A DNA stretch of 64,000 nt from Squalus acanthias (GCA_030390025.1 CM059431.1:107386001-107450000); one strand, 5' to 3'; positions 38,735 through 52,194 are shown, counted from the stretch's first letter. The notes: generated from the sequence alone by a model not told the origin. Program-made: numbers and translations.

Positions 38735-39754
38735 GCTGAATATACTTTAATAGCCCATCCTAATCTTCCACTTTTTTTGGATGACAACCCTGTTCTGAAT
38801 GAGAGCTTAGGACTTGCTTTTTTACTTTTCATTCATATTCACTCTGCACAATTGAACATGAGTCTCTCCGGATTAACTTTAAAATGGTCTGTACACATTG
38901 TAACAAGTACTCCTTTCCTTCATTTGCTTACACATATTTCAGGCTGTGAGTGTGAATCGGAGGAAGGGTTACAACCAACGAAAAATCCGATGCCACTTTC
39001 TCCTCTCTCTCTCCCCTCTTCACTCAGGTTTGCTCTATTATATATCTGACATAATGGTGCACTTTAAGATCAGTGTAATCTTACGCCCTAAATAGACTTG
39101 CACCTAAGTTGTTCATGGTACAGTCTGAGGGTACTATGCGTTGTCCCAATGACAAATCATATGGATGAGTCACTCTGAAACTACCATTTCCATTTTGTTC
39201 ATGTTACGCTTAATTGTGACCAAAGTTGTCCCAAACACTGATTATACATGAAAATTGCATTAGACCATATTATGTTCAGTCAGTAAGTTTTCAACATAAC
39301 TTTTTAAGACCAAAATGCTGTATAACTCATTAAAAGTATAAAGCTATTCATAATTTATTTATCCTTCTCGAGAAGAAAGCATTATGCCATGTTTGATATG
39401 GATAATTAGTTTCATATACTCTTTGAAGCCATCTCTATTTACAACATACAGAAAGTAATTCTATAATGAGTTGGTGTTATTCAATATTTGTTATAAAATA
39501 TTGATCGCATTTTTTAAGGAAGGCTTATATATCGCTAGCAACTGTTGTCTCCATGTGTCAGTGCAATAATACAAACTCCCTAAAATAATGCTGGAAAATT
39601 GTTATTCATCCTTTCTTGAAAATTGCAATACTTTGTTGAAATAAAACTTCTTCATTTGTGTTTGGCTTAGCCATATAGTTCAAGTGTCCACGTGGTGATA
39701 ATCCAATCAGAAACTACAGCAACAATCTAAGATGTTCAAATCTAACAGCCTGTC

Positions 39755-40167
39755 ATAGAATCATCGAATAGTACAGCACAGAAGGAGGCCATTCGGCCCA
39801 TTGAGTCTGCACTAGCTCTTTCAAAGAGCAATCCAGTTAGTCCCACTCCCCGCTCTTTCCCCATATCCCTGCAACTTTTTCTCCTTCAAATATTTATCCA
39901 ATTCCCTTTTGAAGGCTACTGTTGAATCTGTATCCACCACCCTATCAGGCAGTGCATTCCAGATCCTAACCACTCGTTGCATAAAAAAGGTTTTCCTCAT
40001 GTCGCCTCTGGTTCTTTTGCCAATCACCTTAAATCTGTGCCCTCTGGTTATCGACCCTTCAGCCATTGGAAACAGTTTCTCTTTATTTACTCTATCTAAA
40101 TCCTTCATGATTTTAAACACCTCTATCAAATCTCCTCTTAACCTTCTCTGCTCCAAGGAGAACAACC
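39755..40167 (-). mobile_element. CR1 3' fragment
   Basis: FSLEQRRLRGDLIEVFKIMK..WNALP on the minus strand. Confidence 0.92.
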
Positions 40168-40177
40168 TGTCAAATAA

Positions 40178-41060
40178 TGGGGCAGAATTTCTGATTGGTA
40201 TGATGGCGTACTCTCAGATTACGCTGCCATATCGCCTTTGAAATTGACCGCAAATTCGGGATTTTGTGCTAAATCCCGAACTTGCGATCTGTCAAGTTCC
40301 GACTTGACATATCATCCAATGCGACTGTGAAATCCTCATTGCTGGCACAGAGTTGGGCTAATTGCCCACCAACTACCGTCCCTCCCCTTACGCTGTGCAA
40401 ACAGGCACAGGAGCCTGTTTGCACAGCGTAAGGGGAGGGAGGGTAGTTGTCCATACTGATTTAATATTTAACATACTTTGTATTGCCATACAAACACTGT
40501 CATTATTTTGTATTGTTCTCACTCTGCTATCCATCACGCTGATTACGAATTATTCCCAGCCACCAGATTTTTGCATAATAAAGTAATTGGATATTGTTGA
40601 AACAAGATTTGCTACCTTACTTTGAATAATTGTTGTTTTTGTTCATTTCACTCTGTGTAAGTAAAACTGGACAGATCCTCGAAAAGGGATCCATGTTTAT
40701 TTTACAAAAAATATTTCTTTGCCAGCTTAGCTTGAGTGTTATCATGATTATTATTATTATTTACAGTGGAAGTGATAAGTCATCAATTCAAATCAATATT
40801 CACACCGTTTAATTAAAAATTTGATTGAAGTCGGGCATCGGAGATTTCTGTTTCCTGATTGGCACACCGCCCCACGTGATCCCAGGTACGCTTATGCATA
40901 CGGTGCGCTTCTGGGATCCTTGGGCCACTGCGCAGCGCTCAACTCTGCGGCAAAACAGTGCAAGTTTTCGTAGGGGGTCTCGCACCAGGTAAGTGCGGAT
41001 TTCTTTCAGAGGTCGGCGGCATACTCCTTAGTTACGCCGCCGACAGCAATTTCAAGGTCA
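40178..41060. mobile_element. Rearranged Harbinger-type MITE
   Basis: GGGGCAGAATTT start. Segments similar to 11557-12290 and 53124-53850. Interrupted by a foldback at 40370-40449. Confidence 0.55.
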
Positions 41061-41219
41061 TTATAAAAGTCAAGCTTAGTTTTGCATTCATTTCCTGCCA
41101 CTATATGCCAGTGGTATGTTAGATAAACATTATATTATGTCCTATTTACAAAGTACTCTAAGGACATCTTGGGGCAAAATATCATTCCTACATTAGTTTT
41201 ATATCTACTTTGACTCATT

Positions 41220-41926
41220 GGGCCAGAATTTGCCAAAATCTCCCGTGAGTTGGATTTTTTCCTCACCCTTTAGCTCGAAAAAAAAATTGCGCCGCAAATT
41301 TCTGCCAGTGCGAGCTGATAATGGCGCAACGAGGGCAAATGGGGATCTGGAACCTTGCTCAGCGATGGGACCAACAGTCTCTCTCCTTCACAAAAGAGAT
41401 TTAAGGATAGAGAAAGTAACAAGAGGAATGACAGAGAAGGAAATAAGGTGAATTAGAGTCAAATTAGATACAGAAAGAAAATAAAGGGAAGAAAGATTGG
41501 ATTACAGAGAGAGAAAAAAGAGACAGAAAGGAAAAAGTAAGAGAAAAATGTAAAAATTGAAAATTAAAAATTTTAAAAACCTCTAGGAACAATTTACTAC
41601 CTGCAGGAGTGAGATTCCATGGTTTTAATTGTTCCCTTTCTGGGCCTCCGAGGTTGAGTGGCATTGCAGGAACATAAACCTTCTTATTAAAAGTGTTCTT
41701 AAGTTGTGAAATACCAGCCCCAAATTTCTGCAGGGAGTTTAATTGGCTTCAACAGTGAAAATGCAGCAAACTTCATGACACTCATGGAGAGGGTGATGGC
41801 AAGCTCCATTTTACACGAGACTAATGGTCCAGAATTTGTGGCGATTCGGAACTCACGGCGTATCTCTTCCTCGCCACAAATTATTGGTTTTTTTACACAT
41901 GAGTAATGGCGTGCAAATTCTGGGCC
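41220..41926. mobile_element. Harbinger-type MITE
   Basis: TIR GGGCCAGAATTTGC / GCAAATTCTGGGCC (13/14); TSD ATT/ATT. Confidence 0.85.
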
Positions 41927-41976
41927 ATTGAAAGCTATATTGAAAATTCGACAAGGGAGTCTGAATGGACTCCCAA

Positions 41977-42360
41977 GGCCAGATTTTAACTGGGGGCACA
42001 AAGTCGGATGTGCGGGGTTGGGTGCGTTCACAGGACCCTGGTACCATTTTAACTGCCTACTGGGTGGAGCACGTGTGTCATGGGCACTCCGCTGGTGGAA
42101 CAGCAGAAGAGGCCCTTTGAGATAAATGCTAAAATTATTCTGGTGGGGCCCGGAGGAGCAGAAGTGGCAACACCAAATATATATTAAAAAAGTTTTTGTC
42201 AACACCTTTTTCTGCAGCCAGGTGGGCATATGGGCTGCCCGATATTGCGCTAGCCAAGAGCCACCAAGCGACAGCTTGATGCCCATTAGGTGCCAGCAAC
42301 CAACCGCATATATGTTAATGAGACTCCACCAGTCGATCCCCTGATAGTTAAAATCTACCC
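41977..42360. mobile_element. Harbinger-type MITE
   Basis: TIR GGCCAGATTTTAAC / GTTAAAATCTACCC (12/14); TSD CAA/CAA. Confidence 0.75.
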
Positions 42361-42409
42361 CAATGTGAGGTTGTAAAGTAAACATTGGATAAACATGAAA
42401 TCATGACAT

Positions 42410-42925
42410 CAACAACATGAACTTGCATTTATATAGCACCTTTAACATAGTAAAACATCCCAAGACACTTCACAGGAGCATTATCGAACAAAATTTGACA
42501 CTGAGCCACATAAGGAGATATAAGGACAGATGGAGGTAGGTTTTAAGGAGTATCTTAAATGAGGAGAGAGAGGCGGATGTTTAGGGTGAGAATTCTAGAA
42601 CTTACAGTGTAGATAACTAAAGGTACGGCCGCCAATGGTGGGACAGGGAAACTGGGGATGCGCAAGAGGCCAGAATTGGAGGAGCGCAGAAATCTCGGAG
42701 GGTTGAAGGGCTGGAGCAGGTTACAGAGATAGTGAGGGGTGAGGCCATGGTGGGATTTGAAAACAAGGATAAGAATTTTAAAATCAAAGCGTTGCCAGAC
42801 CAGGAGCCAATGTAGGTCAGCGGGCACAGGGGTGATGGGTGAACGGGACTTGGTGCGAGTTAGGATACGGGCAGCAGAGTTTTGGATGACCTCAAGTTTA
42901 TGGAGGGTGAAAGGTGGGAGGCCAT
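42410..42925 (-). mobile_element. L2 LINE 3' fragment
   Basis: KLEVIQNSAARILT..LHWL..FKILILVFKS on the minus strand. Confidence 0.9.
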
Positions 42926-43199
42926 CACTATGAATTACTATATTCATAGAAGTAAAACATTTTCATTCCCCTCAGGAACAATAAACATTTATAAACACAT
43001 TTATGAGGAACCTCCGACCAAACTTGATCATTGTTGCCTTCTATGAAAATCTATATAATGAATTAACACACCATAGAGTGGTGCAAAGATTATATAAAGC
43101 ATATAAAATGCTACATTATCTGAATCTTCAGTTTCTGAGCCTAACTTTGAAAACTGATTGCATACTTTGGAAGAAGGATTTCAGTTTGGTAGCTAAAGA

Positions 43200-43475
43200 A
43201 AGCCTTTCACAACCTCAGGACATCCCAAAGCACTTTACAAACAATGAAGTACTTTCGAGGTGCAGTCACTGTTGTAATGTAGGAAAGGCGGCAGCCAATT
43301 TGCGCACAGCAAGCTCCCACAGACAACAATGTGATAATGACCAGCTAATCTGTTTTAGTGATGTTGATCGAGGGATAAATCTTGGCCGGGACACCGGGAA
43401 TAACTCCCCTGCTCCTCTTCAGAATAGTGCCATGGGATCTTTTGCGTCCACCCGAGAGAGCAGATGGGGCCTCGG
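43200..43475 (-). mobile_element. DeuSINE-like SINE fragment
   Basis: Reverse complement of the core and tail of 38265-38734. Confidence 0.85.
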
Positions 43476-44459
43476 ATTCCTAGAGCGGTGTTTCCAGGGA
43501 TTCCACAACTCTTCTGCTGAAGTCGTGCCAGTCAATGGGAGAATCCCCATGGAAATTCACTCCCATTGAACTTTTCACCATAAATAGAGTCTCACTAGAT
43601 ATGAAGTCCTAGGTCTGAACTCCTGTAAAAGGACAAATATTTTGCTGTCATTTGAAAGTAATGTTATGGTATCTTTTTGCTGATAACTTGAATCAAATTC
43701 TGCTAAATGAACTGCCTCGCAATTGCTATGGTCTGTTGGAGAATAAAGTTAAATATATATTCCCCATGCTCTGTCATATGTCCTTGAAGCATCACACTAG
43801 TAATCTAATTGCCTTGTCCTTAACCTCTCTCCCTCCCACTGAATGTATTTATCGTATGGCTGATTCTAGGCTGGAAAAGCAAGGTCCCTGGAGGATTTCA
43901 CTGATGGAAATTATACAGGCACAGGTGCTTGAACAAGTCTAAAACAACGTCATTGGAGGTTTGGATATGGGTTCTGTAACAAAGCCTTGAGATCTATTTA
44001 CCACATATCAACAGATTAATTAATTTCCCAGTAATATTCATGGTTGAAATGCTGATGCGAGTATGCCATTGAAACAGTAGATTAGTTATTTCACAAAAGA
44101 AAAATCTTGTGTTCAATTTTGCTATAGATCTCACTTTACTTTTCATATAAACAACAAATACAAAAACATACCTGAATTAATTTAAAACTCCTAAAAAAAT
44201 ATTAATTAGATTTGTAAATTAAACATTGGTATGTGTGCTTTTAAATTGAAAATACTTTTTATATATATTTAGTATTACCAATGAGTAACCCCGCCCCTCC
44301 CTCATCCAAAACATAAAGCTCAGATCAGCCACTGTGACAGTGAATCATTCAGTGGTCTATAGCCAAAGAAATACGTCAGGTATTGCCTTAGGGTTCGTCC
44401 CACTTGGCCCCCATAACTGGGCAGAAGTTTGGTGTAAACCCCACTTGTGCACTTGGGAA

Positions 44460-45325
44460 ACTGGCTCTCCAGGCCAGCCTCCCACCTTGAACCCTCTGTA
44501 AACTTGAGCTCATCCAAAACTCTGCTGCCTGTATCCTAACTTGCACCAAGTCCCATTCACTCATCACGCTTGTGCTCGCTGACCTACATTGGACCCCAGT
44601 CTGGCAACGCCTCAATTTTAAAATTTGCATCCTTGGGGGTGATTTTGTTAATGGGGGCGCGTTGGAGGCGGGACTGCTGCTTGGCGGGTCGATGTCCCAC
44701 CTCCATCGATTTGTGGCCAACCCACGCTATTTTCCCTTGATTGACCTTGTTAAGCCTGCCCAGCGGGTTTAGCAGGCCAATTAATTTTGACAGATGAATT
44801 GTCATCGTTTGACAGCTCTGTGAAGCTGTCAAACAGTGACAATCTCTGTAGGTTGGGCACCCTCCCCCAAATTCTGCCATTTTCCCGGCAGTCCCGCCTC
44901 CATACCCGCCTCCCCAGGGCTGGCAAAATCGCCCCCCTTGTTTTCAATTCCCTCCATAGCCTCGCCCCTCCCTATCTCTGTAACCTCCTCCAGCCCTACA
45001 ACCCTTCGAGAACTCTGTGCTTCTCCAATTCTGGCCTCTTGTGCATCACTGATTTTTATCTCTCTACCTTTGACGGCCATGCCTTCAGCTACTTAGGCCC
45101 TATGCTCTGGAATTCACTCCCTATCCCTGTACGTCTCTCTAACTCTCTTCCCTCCTTTAAGACGCTTCTTAAAACCAACCTCTTTTGACCAAGCTTTTGG
45201 TCACTTGTGCTAATATCTCCTTATGTGGCTCGGTGTTAAATTTTGTTTGATAATCACTCCTGTGAAGCGCCTTGGGCTGTTTTACTATGTAAAAGGCGCT
45301 GTATAAATGCAAATTGTTGTTGTTG
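44460..45325 (+). mobile_element. L2 LINE 3' fragment interrupted by a MITE
   Basis: Colinear with 23570-24119 apart from the 44635-44936 insert. Confidence 0.9.
44635..44936. mobile_element. 302-bp Harbinger-type MITE
   Basis: TIR GGGGGTGATTTTG / CAAAATCGCCCCC (12/13). TSD CTT, confirmed by the empty site ATCCTTGTTTTC in the L2 at 23731. Confidence 0.92.
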
Positions 45326-45884
45326 TAAATGGGGTTTCTGTCCAACTTCAACAAACTTATGCAAGAGAGTGGAAGAAGCTCAGAAGAAATTTCCGGCAAT
45401 CGATTTTTATTTAAATCTTGCTACATTTTGAGAAAGAACTTTAAGGTTGACATTAATGGGAATGGAGCAAGCATTCTGTGTGGGTTTTTTTTCCACCAGC
45501 ATGTTTAACTGCATCTAGTTCACTGGCTGCCATTGATGCGGCACTGAATGTTAACACAATTATTTCATAATATGACCAATGATAATGTACAAAAGGCCTA
45601 GCAGAGAAATGTCAAAAGTTGTCAATAATGGTGCTGGAGGCTGGATGGAGATTAAAACTCGTCTGCTTCAGGCTGGTTGGCCAACACTGTTACTGCAAGA
45701 AGGAAAGAAGAAAATAACTTGTGTTATGTCACATGGTTCACGACCTTGGGACATCGCAAAGCGCTTCACAACCAAATAGTAACTAAACTGTAGGTTGATG
45801 TTTTAAATTTATTCATACTGAGTTAACCATTGTGAAAAAATAATAAGTTAGTCAGGAAAAAACTTTAAAATTACATAGGAGTTC

Positions 45885-46155
45885 ATAGAATGTACAGCAC
45901 AGAAACAGGCTATACGGCCCAATGGGTCCATGCCGGTGTTTATGCTCCACACGAACCTACTCCCACCCCACTTCATCTAATGCTAATTCTCCCTCATGTG
46001 CTTATCCAGCTTCCCCTTAAATGCATCAATGCTATTCGCCTCAACTACTCCTTGTGGTAGCGAGTTCCACATTCTAACCACACTCTTTGGGAGAGGACCG
46101 TTCTCCTGAATTCCCCATTGGATTTATTGGTGACTATCTTATATTTATGGCCCCC
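45885..46155 (-). mobile_element. CR1 3' fragment
   Basis: Similar to 4224-4510; another copy at ~54780-54972. Confidence 0.85.
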
Positions 46156-46357
46156 ATATATATATATATATATCATATATTTGAATTTTTTATTGTGATA
46201 TCAATTTCTGCTTTATTTCAGTCGTTATAGAGTATGAAATAATGCCATTGATGTAGATTACATATGGTGATACAATAAAGCAGCAATATACAAGCTAAAG
46301 TATGGCTGTTCTCAAATCCCGTTTCGAAAACAAACAATTCTGAAGTCTCCATGTATT

Positions 46358-46702
46358 AACAACAACATCTTGCATTTACATAGTGCCCTTAACGTAGTAA
46401 AACATTCTAAGGTGCTTCAGAGGAGCGTTATCAAACAAAATCTGACAGCAAGCCATATAAGGAGATATTGGCACAGGTGGCCAAAATCTTGGTCAAAGAG
46501 GTGAGTTTTAAGGAGCGTCTTAAAGAAGGAGAGAGAGGTAAAGAGGCAGAGAGGTGTAGGGAGGGAATTCCAGTACTTAGGGCCTAGGCAGCTGAAGGCA
46601 CGGCCGCCAATGGTGGAGTGATGAAAATCGGGGACATGCAAGAGGTCAGAATTGGAGGAGTGCAGAGATCTTGGACGGTTGTAGGGCTGGAGGAGGTTAC
46701 AG
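46358..46702 (-). mobile_element. L2 LINE 3' fragment
   Basis: CNLLQPY..GGRAFSCLGPKYWNSLP on the minus strand; (CAA)n tail. Confidence 0.9.
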
Positions 46703-46832
46703 TTAAATAAATTAACAAACAAATGGTTATACTGCTTTATTGTATGAAGTGGAGATGCCGGCGTTGGACTGGGGTGGACAAAAATGAGAAGTCGCACAAC
46801 ACCAGGTTATAGTCCAACAGATTTATTTAATT

Positions 46833-46871
46833 TTACAAGCTTTCGAAGCAGTTCGCTCCTTCGTCAGGTAA
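46833..46871 (-). ncRNA. Minimal type I hammerhead ribozyme motif (mirror copy)
   Basis: Exact reverse complement of 46882-46920. Confidence 0.75.
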
Positions 46872-46881
46872 GTTAGCTGAC

Positions 46882-46920
46882 TTACCTGACGAAGGAGCGA
46901 ACTGCTTCGAAAGCTTGTAA
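46882..46920 (+). ncRNA. Minimal type I hammerhead ribozyme motif
   Basis: TTAC-CTGACGA-A-GGAGC-GAACT-GCTTC-GAAA-GC-TT-GTAA: stem I TTAC/GTAA, intact core, 5-bp stem II, palindromic AGCT stem III. Confidence 0.75.
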
Positions 46921-49528
46921 AATTAAATAAATCTGTTGGACTATAACCTGGTGTTGTGCGACTTCTCATTATTGTATGAAGGTTATATCATCTCACTTCA
47001 ACCCATTCATTTGTAGTAGAGCTTATCAGTGCACAATTCAGGCACGTAGATTGCAAAAGCAAGCACAGCAACCTGCATGGCACATCCAGACTGACTAAGA
47101 ACCAAACAGTGTTCCTTTGCCAGGTTCTTGTGTAACTGTCTGGAACATCTGAAACAACAGATGTAGACTCTTCTGAGAGCTTTCAATCAAAATTGCAGCC
47201 AAAGCGTTCATTACAGAGCAGCAGTTAATTACTCTAGTAGCCAATTGAGTTACGTTGAGGGAACTAGTGGAATACATCCATTTGCAACTCTTTTAATATT
47301 TGGATATATGGCCCTGGTTCTCAAAGCTGCCTTGACTGATTAGAGTGATGCACAGTACCAACTGATACAAAGAACAGAGACCCTTTAACACATGTATCAT
47401 ATTGCCTGATTGAGTGGCCTATGGAAATCTAGGAGGCAATAAGAAAACACTGAGATGGTCAGAGGCTTTGAATAACTTCGTAGGGAGCAAAAGCAGAACG
47501 ACAATGATTCAAACAAGTCATTTGAAACCAAGATTTTGTTACTACTTTTAATTCCCTTCGACCTACTGTCCATCTAGAAGGACAAGGGCAGCAGGCGCAT
47601 GGGAACACCATCATCTCCAAGTTCCCCTCCAAGTCACACACCATTCCAACTTGGACATATATCGCCGATCCTTCATTGTCGCTGGGTCAAAATCCTGGAA
47701 CTCCCTCCCTAACAGCACTGTGGGAGTACCTTCACCACATGGACTGCAACGGTTCAAGAGGAAGGCTCAACACCACGTTCTCAAGGGCAACGAGGGATGG
47801 GCAATAAATACCGGCCTTGCCAGTGACGCCCATATCTCGAAATTGAATTTAAAAAATAATACATTAAACACTCTGCATAACACTATTTTGGGCACAATAC
47901 AGAAAGCATATTATAAGATGTTGGGTATAAGACAGAGTGCACTATGCTCATTCCCTATTATTCAGGGAATGCACATTAATGTGTGCTTTCTGTGCCAATG
48001 TTAGTACTAACACAATTATGTGTGGCATGGCAGAGAAATTGAAAAATATTCCCGGGCACTAAGCACAGAATGAGCCACAAAATTAATATGAATGACTTAA
48101 TTGAAATTAATTTCTTCCATGGTGCCGCATGAAACATGATTTCCCAGTACTGAAAAGGGAATACTGTCACACTGAAGAAATTTAAAAGACCAATTCCTCC
48201 CTGGATTTGATATACAGCAGCAACAAAAAGCGGTGAAACGGCTATTACAAATCACTGCGGCATGAATATGTAGTTGCTTCTCAAATGTTTGTTTGTTTGC
48301 ATGTGAGTGGTAGCACGGTCCAATTGCTATGTAATACAGGCATGAACCCAGTGTGCTGAAACACATTCTTTCCAATTACATCGGTTACGTCTCCAGCAAT
48401 AGGTTAATATTCTATCTGTTCCCTCCATATCAGTGCAGCTAAATATAATACCGCACAAATCATGCAGCGCATTCTGATTCCCCTTCTCCCTTCTGCCAGT
48501 AATAGAGGTGGGGGGGGGGAGGAGGTGGAGGGGGAAACATAATGAAATGCATGGCTTGTGTGGTATTATATTCCATTAGTACTGTGACCGTGGCACTAAT
48601 TCGATTCACTATTTGGACAACACAAATACAATTTAAAATAAAGAAGATTGAAAATTATGGAAATGCTGAGCAGGTCAATAGGCATCTGAAATAGAATGAC
48701 AGGTTAATGTTTCAGTTATTACACTTCAAAGTTCAAACTGTAGATTTTATGTAAAAAGAAAACTAACAGACCATTACACATGGAAATGTGTGACCTGCAG
48801 TTTATAACGTTTAAAATGGGGAATAGTCTGGTATCTGATTGCAGATCATGAAAAGTTATACTTAAATATTAACCTTCCTTTGCCTTTCCAATGCTGTCAA
48901 GTTCCAACGATTTGGGGTTTTTATTTTAGAATTCCAGTATTTACATTTCTCGTTTTATCACTGATTAATATGGAGTGACGCACATTTTTAATATTCACTT
49001 CAGGAGGTTTAAAAGTATCAGTGACATTTGACAGTGCTTTGAAGTCTGCAAGCAGAAATTCCATTGCTGAGGTCACTAAGGAGTACGTTACAGTACATAC
49101 CAGCAAAGGTGTGCAGGAAGATAGCGATGGTGTACTGTGTGCTGCATAATATCACAATTGAAAGCGGCCTCCGCGTGTATATCTCCAATCAGCTGCAGCC
49201 TCCATGGTATAAGTAGGACAAAGGGGAACTTGACGATATGGCTGCTGTGGAAGAGGCTTTACCGCCAGGCACCCAGCAATGTTAGCAAATGATTGCCTAT
49301 TATCTTCCAGGCCCAGATGTCCACAAATGTAAGTTGACATGGTAGCGCCATGGAGCAGGGCGCTCCAGTGGCTCAGTGGGTAGCGCTCTCTAGGTGGGAG
49401 GGGCTAGGAGTGAGCAGATGCTGCTGGGTGCTTGATTACTGCAGGGAGTTGAAGTAAGGTTGTAAAAAGTTGGTGGTAGTTTTTTTTTGCAGGTTTTAGG
49501 GCCTTTTTGGTCCTTGAACAGCAGCTAG

Positions 49529-51961
49529 ATGGCTGCTGAGGGGCCCGGAGTGCTGGCCCCCTCAGAGGACAATATTCCCAGGATGAATTTAATCAGGGGA
49601 GAAAATGTTGTTGGAAGGGAGAAAAAAAGGCCCAAAGATTTGGCCCAGACCCCAGGAGGTTTGGAAAAAAAAACATGGTGGTGGTTCAGTGCGAGGATAA
49701 GGAGATACAAGCTTGGGATATTATCCAGGCGGTACATGAGGACTGTGGCGAGGGAAGCTTTGCCTGCCGACCAAAGCCGAATTTTGGGTTCAAGGTGACG
49801 GTCAGTGGCCGAGAGGAGGTGGAAAGACTTTTACTGAGTTTGAAGGTTGGAGATAAGTTCTTGGAGGTATCTCTGCTATATTCTGAAGAGGTGGTGGTCT
49901 CATTCTTAAACCTGCCAGTTTCTTTTGAGGACAATGTGCTAATAAAAAAGTTGTAGTTGTGGGACATTAAAATTTGCTTGGCAATAAAGAGGAGATACTA
50001 TCCAGGAACGCAGGTAGCAGATGCAACCCATTATGTAAAGGTACGGTTCCCAGAGGGGGTGAAGTCAGTGCCGTATAGCATGAAATTTGAGACAATGGAA
50101 GGAGTGCAGTGTTTCTGGGTACTGCATGATAACTAGGCAAAGGTTTGTTATTAATGGCCCTGAAATTCGCCTCTCCGGCTTGCCGCGGGGGTAAGGATCG
50201 CGTGCGCACTTACCTACCATGCCTGCCGTTGACCTCTGGGCCCACGGGAACTTCAGCTCCTGGGCCTGCTCCAAGTGCCGGTGCGCAGTGCTTGCGTGTC
50301 CCAGGGGCGTAGTTAGTGCGATGCGTCCCCTGGGATCACGTGGGCCATGGAGAGCCAATGGCAGCAGACCATCTTTCATTCATAGATTTGACAGGAAGAC
50401 CTGTCAAATCTATGAATTGAAATCGGCCCCAAAAGAACAGCTAAACTTCAAATAATTTTTTTTAAAAACCATCACATTTTTAAAATAACTATAAGTTAAA
50501 TAAATTAACTGCTTTAAACAAAAATTTAAATTTTTGAAAATATTAAAATACTTTTTAACAGTGCTAAAAATAAACTTACCTTTCTTTAAAGTATCTAAAA
50601 AAGATAAACCTGTTGAAAAATTTTTAAATTGTAATTAATTAACCACTTACCTTGTTGAAAACGGGTCCTGCGCCTCCTTTTTTAAAGCGCAGGTTCTTCA
50701 ATACTTACCTTCCCGGAGAAACCTGAAAAAAAACCTAAGTTTGCTGCATGCGCAGAGCCTCTACCGCGCAGGCGGTTCACCTCTGAACCGCTCCCTTCAC
50801 CAAACCGGAAGTTCCGGTTTCCCGCGCATGTGCAGTGCATGCAGGAAACCGGCATTTCAGGAGGCCTTACGGGTGAGTACACAGCGCGTACTCACCCGGC
50901 AAGTGCCAAATTTTTGGCCCATTGTCTTGGACACGACCAGCTTGTAAGAAATTATCCAGATTTGTACTGTTATAACTGCGGCGAGTCTGGACACATCGCT
51001 CGGAGCTGCAAGGCGGAGAGCTGTGGGGTGTGCCACAAAGGTCCCACCCCCTGTGAGTGTGAGGCAGAAGGAAGCCCCTTGAGTGACGAGGAGATGGGAG
51101 AAGGAAAAGGAGCAGGAGGTGTGAGTGGAGTGGCTGGAGGAGTGGAGCAGTTGGAGGACACAGCTGGTGAATGGAAGGAGAAAAGAGCGCAGGAAGAGGC
51201 AGAAAATTGCAGAGCAGAGAACAGGATGGAGATGGTGGAAAACACACCAAGTACGGTGGAAAAGGACAAAGATAGCAGCGGGCAGCATGGGTCGAGGGCA
51301 GTGTCAAGCCATAATACGGCTCAGCTCTCCCTAAAGAATCTGTTGTCCATGGTGGAAGAGGAGGCGGGAGTGGGGTGCGGGCCAAGTGTAAGTACTCCAA
51401 AGAAAGACGGGGAGTGGGACATCTCGGGAATCAGGAGGGGGCAAGACAAGGAGAGGGTACAAGAGGCAGGAGCCTTAAAGGGGCAGCAGGACGGGAGCGG
51501 GGAGACAAAGATGCCAGAAGGGAGCAAGATAGGTACAGATGCACCATTGTCCCAGAGAGAGAAGATACGGGGAGCAAGAGTCAGCGGTGGAGATTAGGCC
51601 GAAGGGAGCGGCATTGTTGCAGAAACCGTGACAGCAGGAAGACTCTCTCAGGGAGAATATGTATCTGATGGGGAGCAGGGACGGGAGGTTACAAAAGAGC
51701 TCGAGTGAGGAGTCAGAGGGGGACAGATACATGGAAGTGGGGGGTGAAGTGGCATTGTGTGGAGAGGGAAAGGTTAGTGAGGGGCAGAAGGAGGGCGAAG
51801 GGGCAGCTCCTCGGCCCAAACCCAATGTAAGGAAAAGGCTGAAACTGCAGGGAAGGTTCAAACAGGAGGTGAAAAAGAGCCGGAGGCTGCAGGAGAAAGC
51901 AACAGCTGCCCGAAAAGTTGGGAAGGAGCATGAGAGGAGGGAAGGGCCAGAGATTAAATGA
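49529..51961 (+). pseudogene. Tx1-type ORF1 (ZCCHC3-like RNA-binding region + CCHC zinc knuckles + charged tail), disrupted
   Basis: VVVSFLNLPVSFEDNVLIKKL*..IKRRYYPGTQVADATHYVKVRFPEGVKSVPYSMKF..VLHDN*AKVC | insert | CLGHDQLVRNYP..CYNCGESGHIARSC. Confidence 0.8.
50156..50920. mobile_element. Harbinger-type MITE inserted in the first zinc knuckle of the ORF1
   Basis: GGCCCTGAAATT / AATTTTTGGCCC termini, flanks AAT/ATT. Removing it restores C-x2-C spacing. Confidence 0.8.
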
Positions 51962-52194
51962 TGGGGAGATTATCAGGCACACTTCCCTTATTCGGAGCCA
52001 TGATTACTAATCAATTTTTAAAGTACAATAGATTAGTATATGTGATGGGAGACAAATTAAACTTCAGGTTTTGATGTTAATATGTGGTGGAGGAATGGCT
52101 GTGCAGAGCGGCGGAATGGATTTGTATGATACAATGGAATGATCACGATGTTGTAAATGTTTTGAATGTTCAATAAATAATATATTTTTAAAAA

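Larger units (their letters stand above)
46750..46968. mobile_element. Penelope-like inverted terminal-repeat insertion (palindromic)
   Basis: 13-bp direct repeat TTATTGTATGAAG at 46737-46749 and 46969-46981. Palindrome 46783-46970. Hammerhead core + AATAAA in each arm. Confidence 0.8.
49391..52194 (+). mobile_element. ORF1-only L1/Tx1-type retroelement (HAL1-like) or retrocopy
   Basis: TSD TGGGTAGCGCTCTC (49377-49390) / TGGGTAGCACTCTC (52195-52208). AATAAA near 52172 and A-rich end. Tx1/ZCCHC3-like ORF1; no RT or endonuclease motifs. Confidence 0.75.

Noticed and set aside
41699..43569. 228-aa and 188-aa ORFs
   Set aside because: They span MITE and SINE sequence; no domain content
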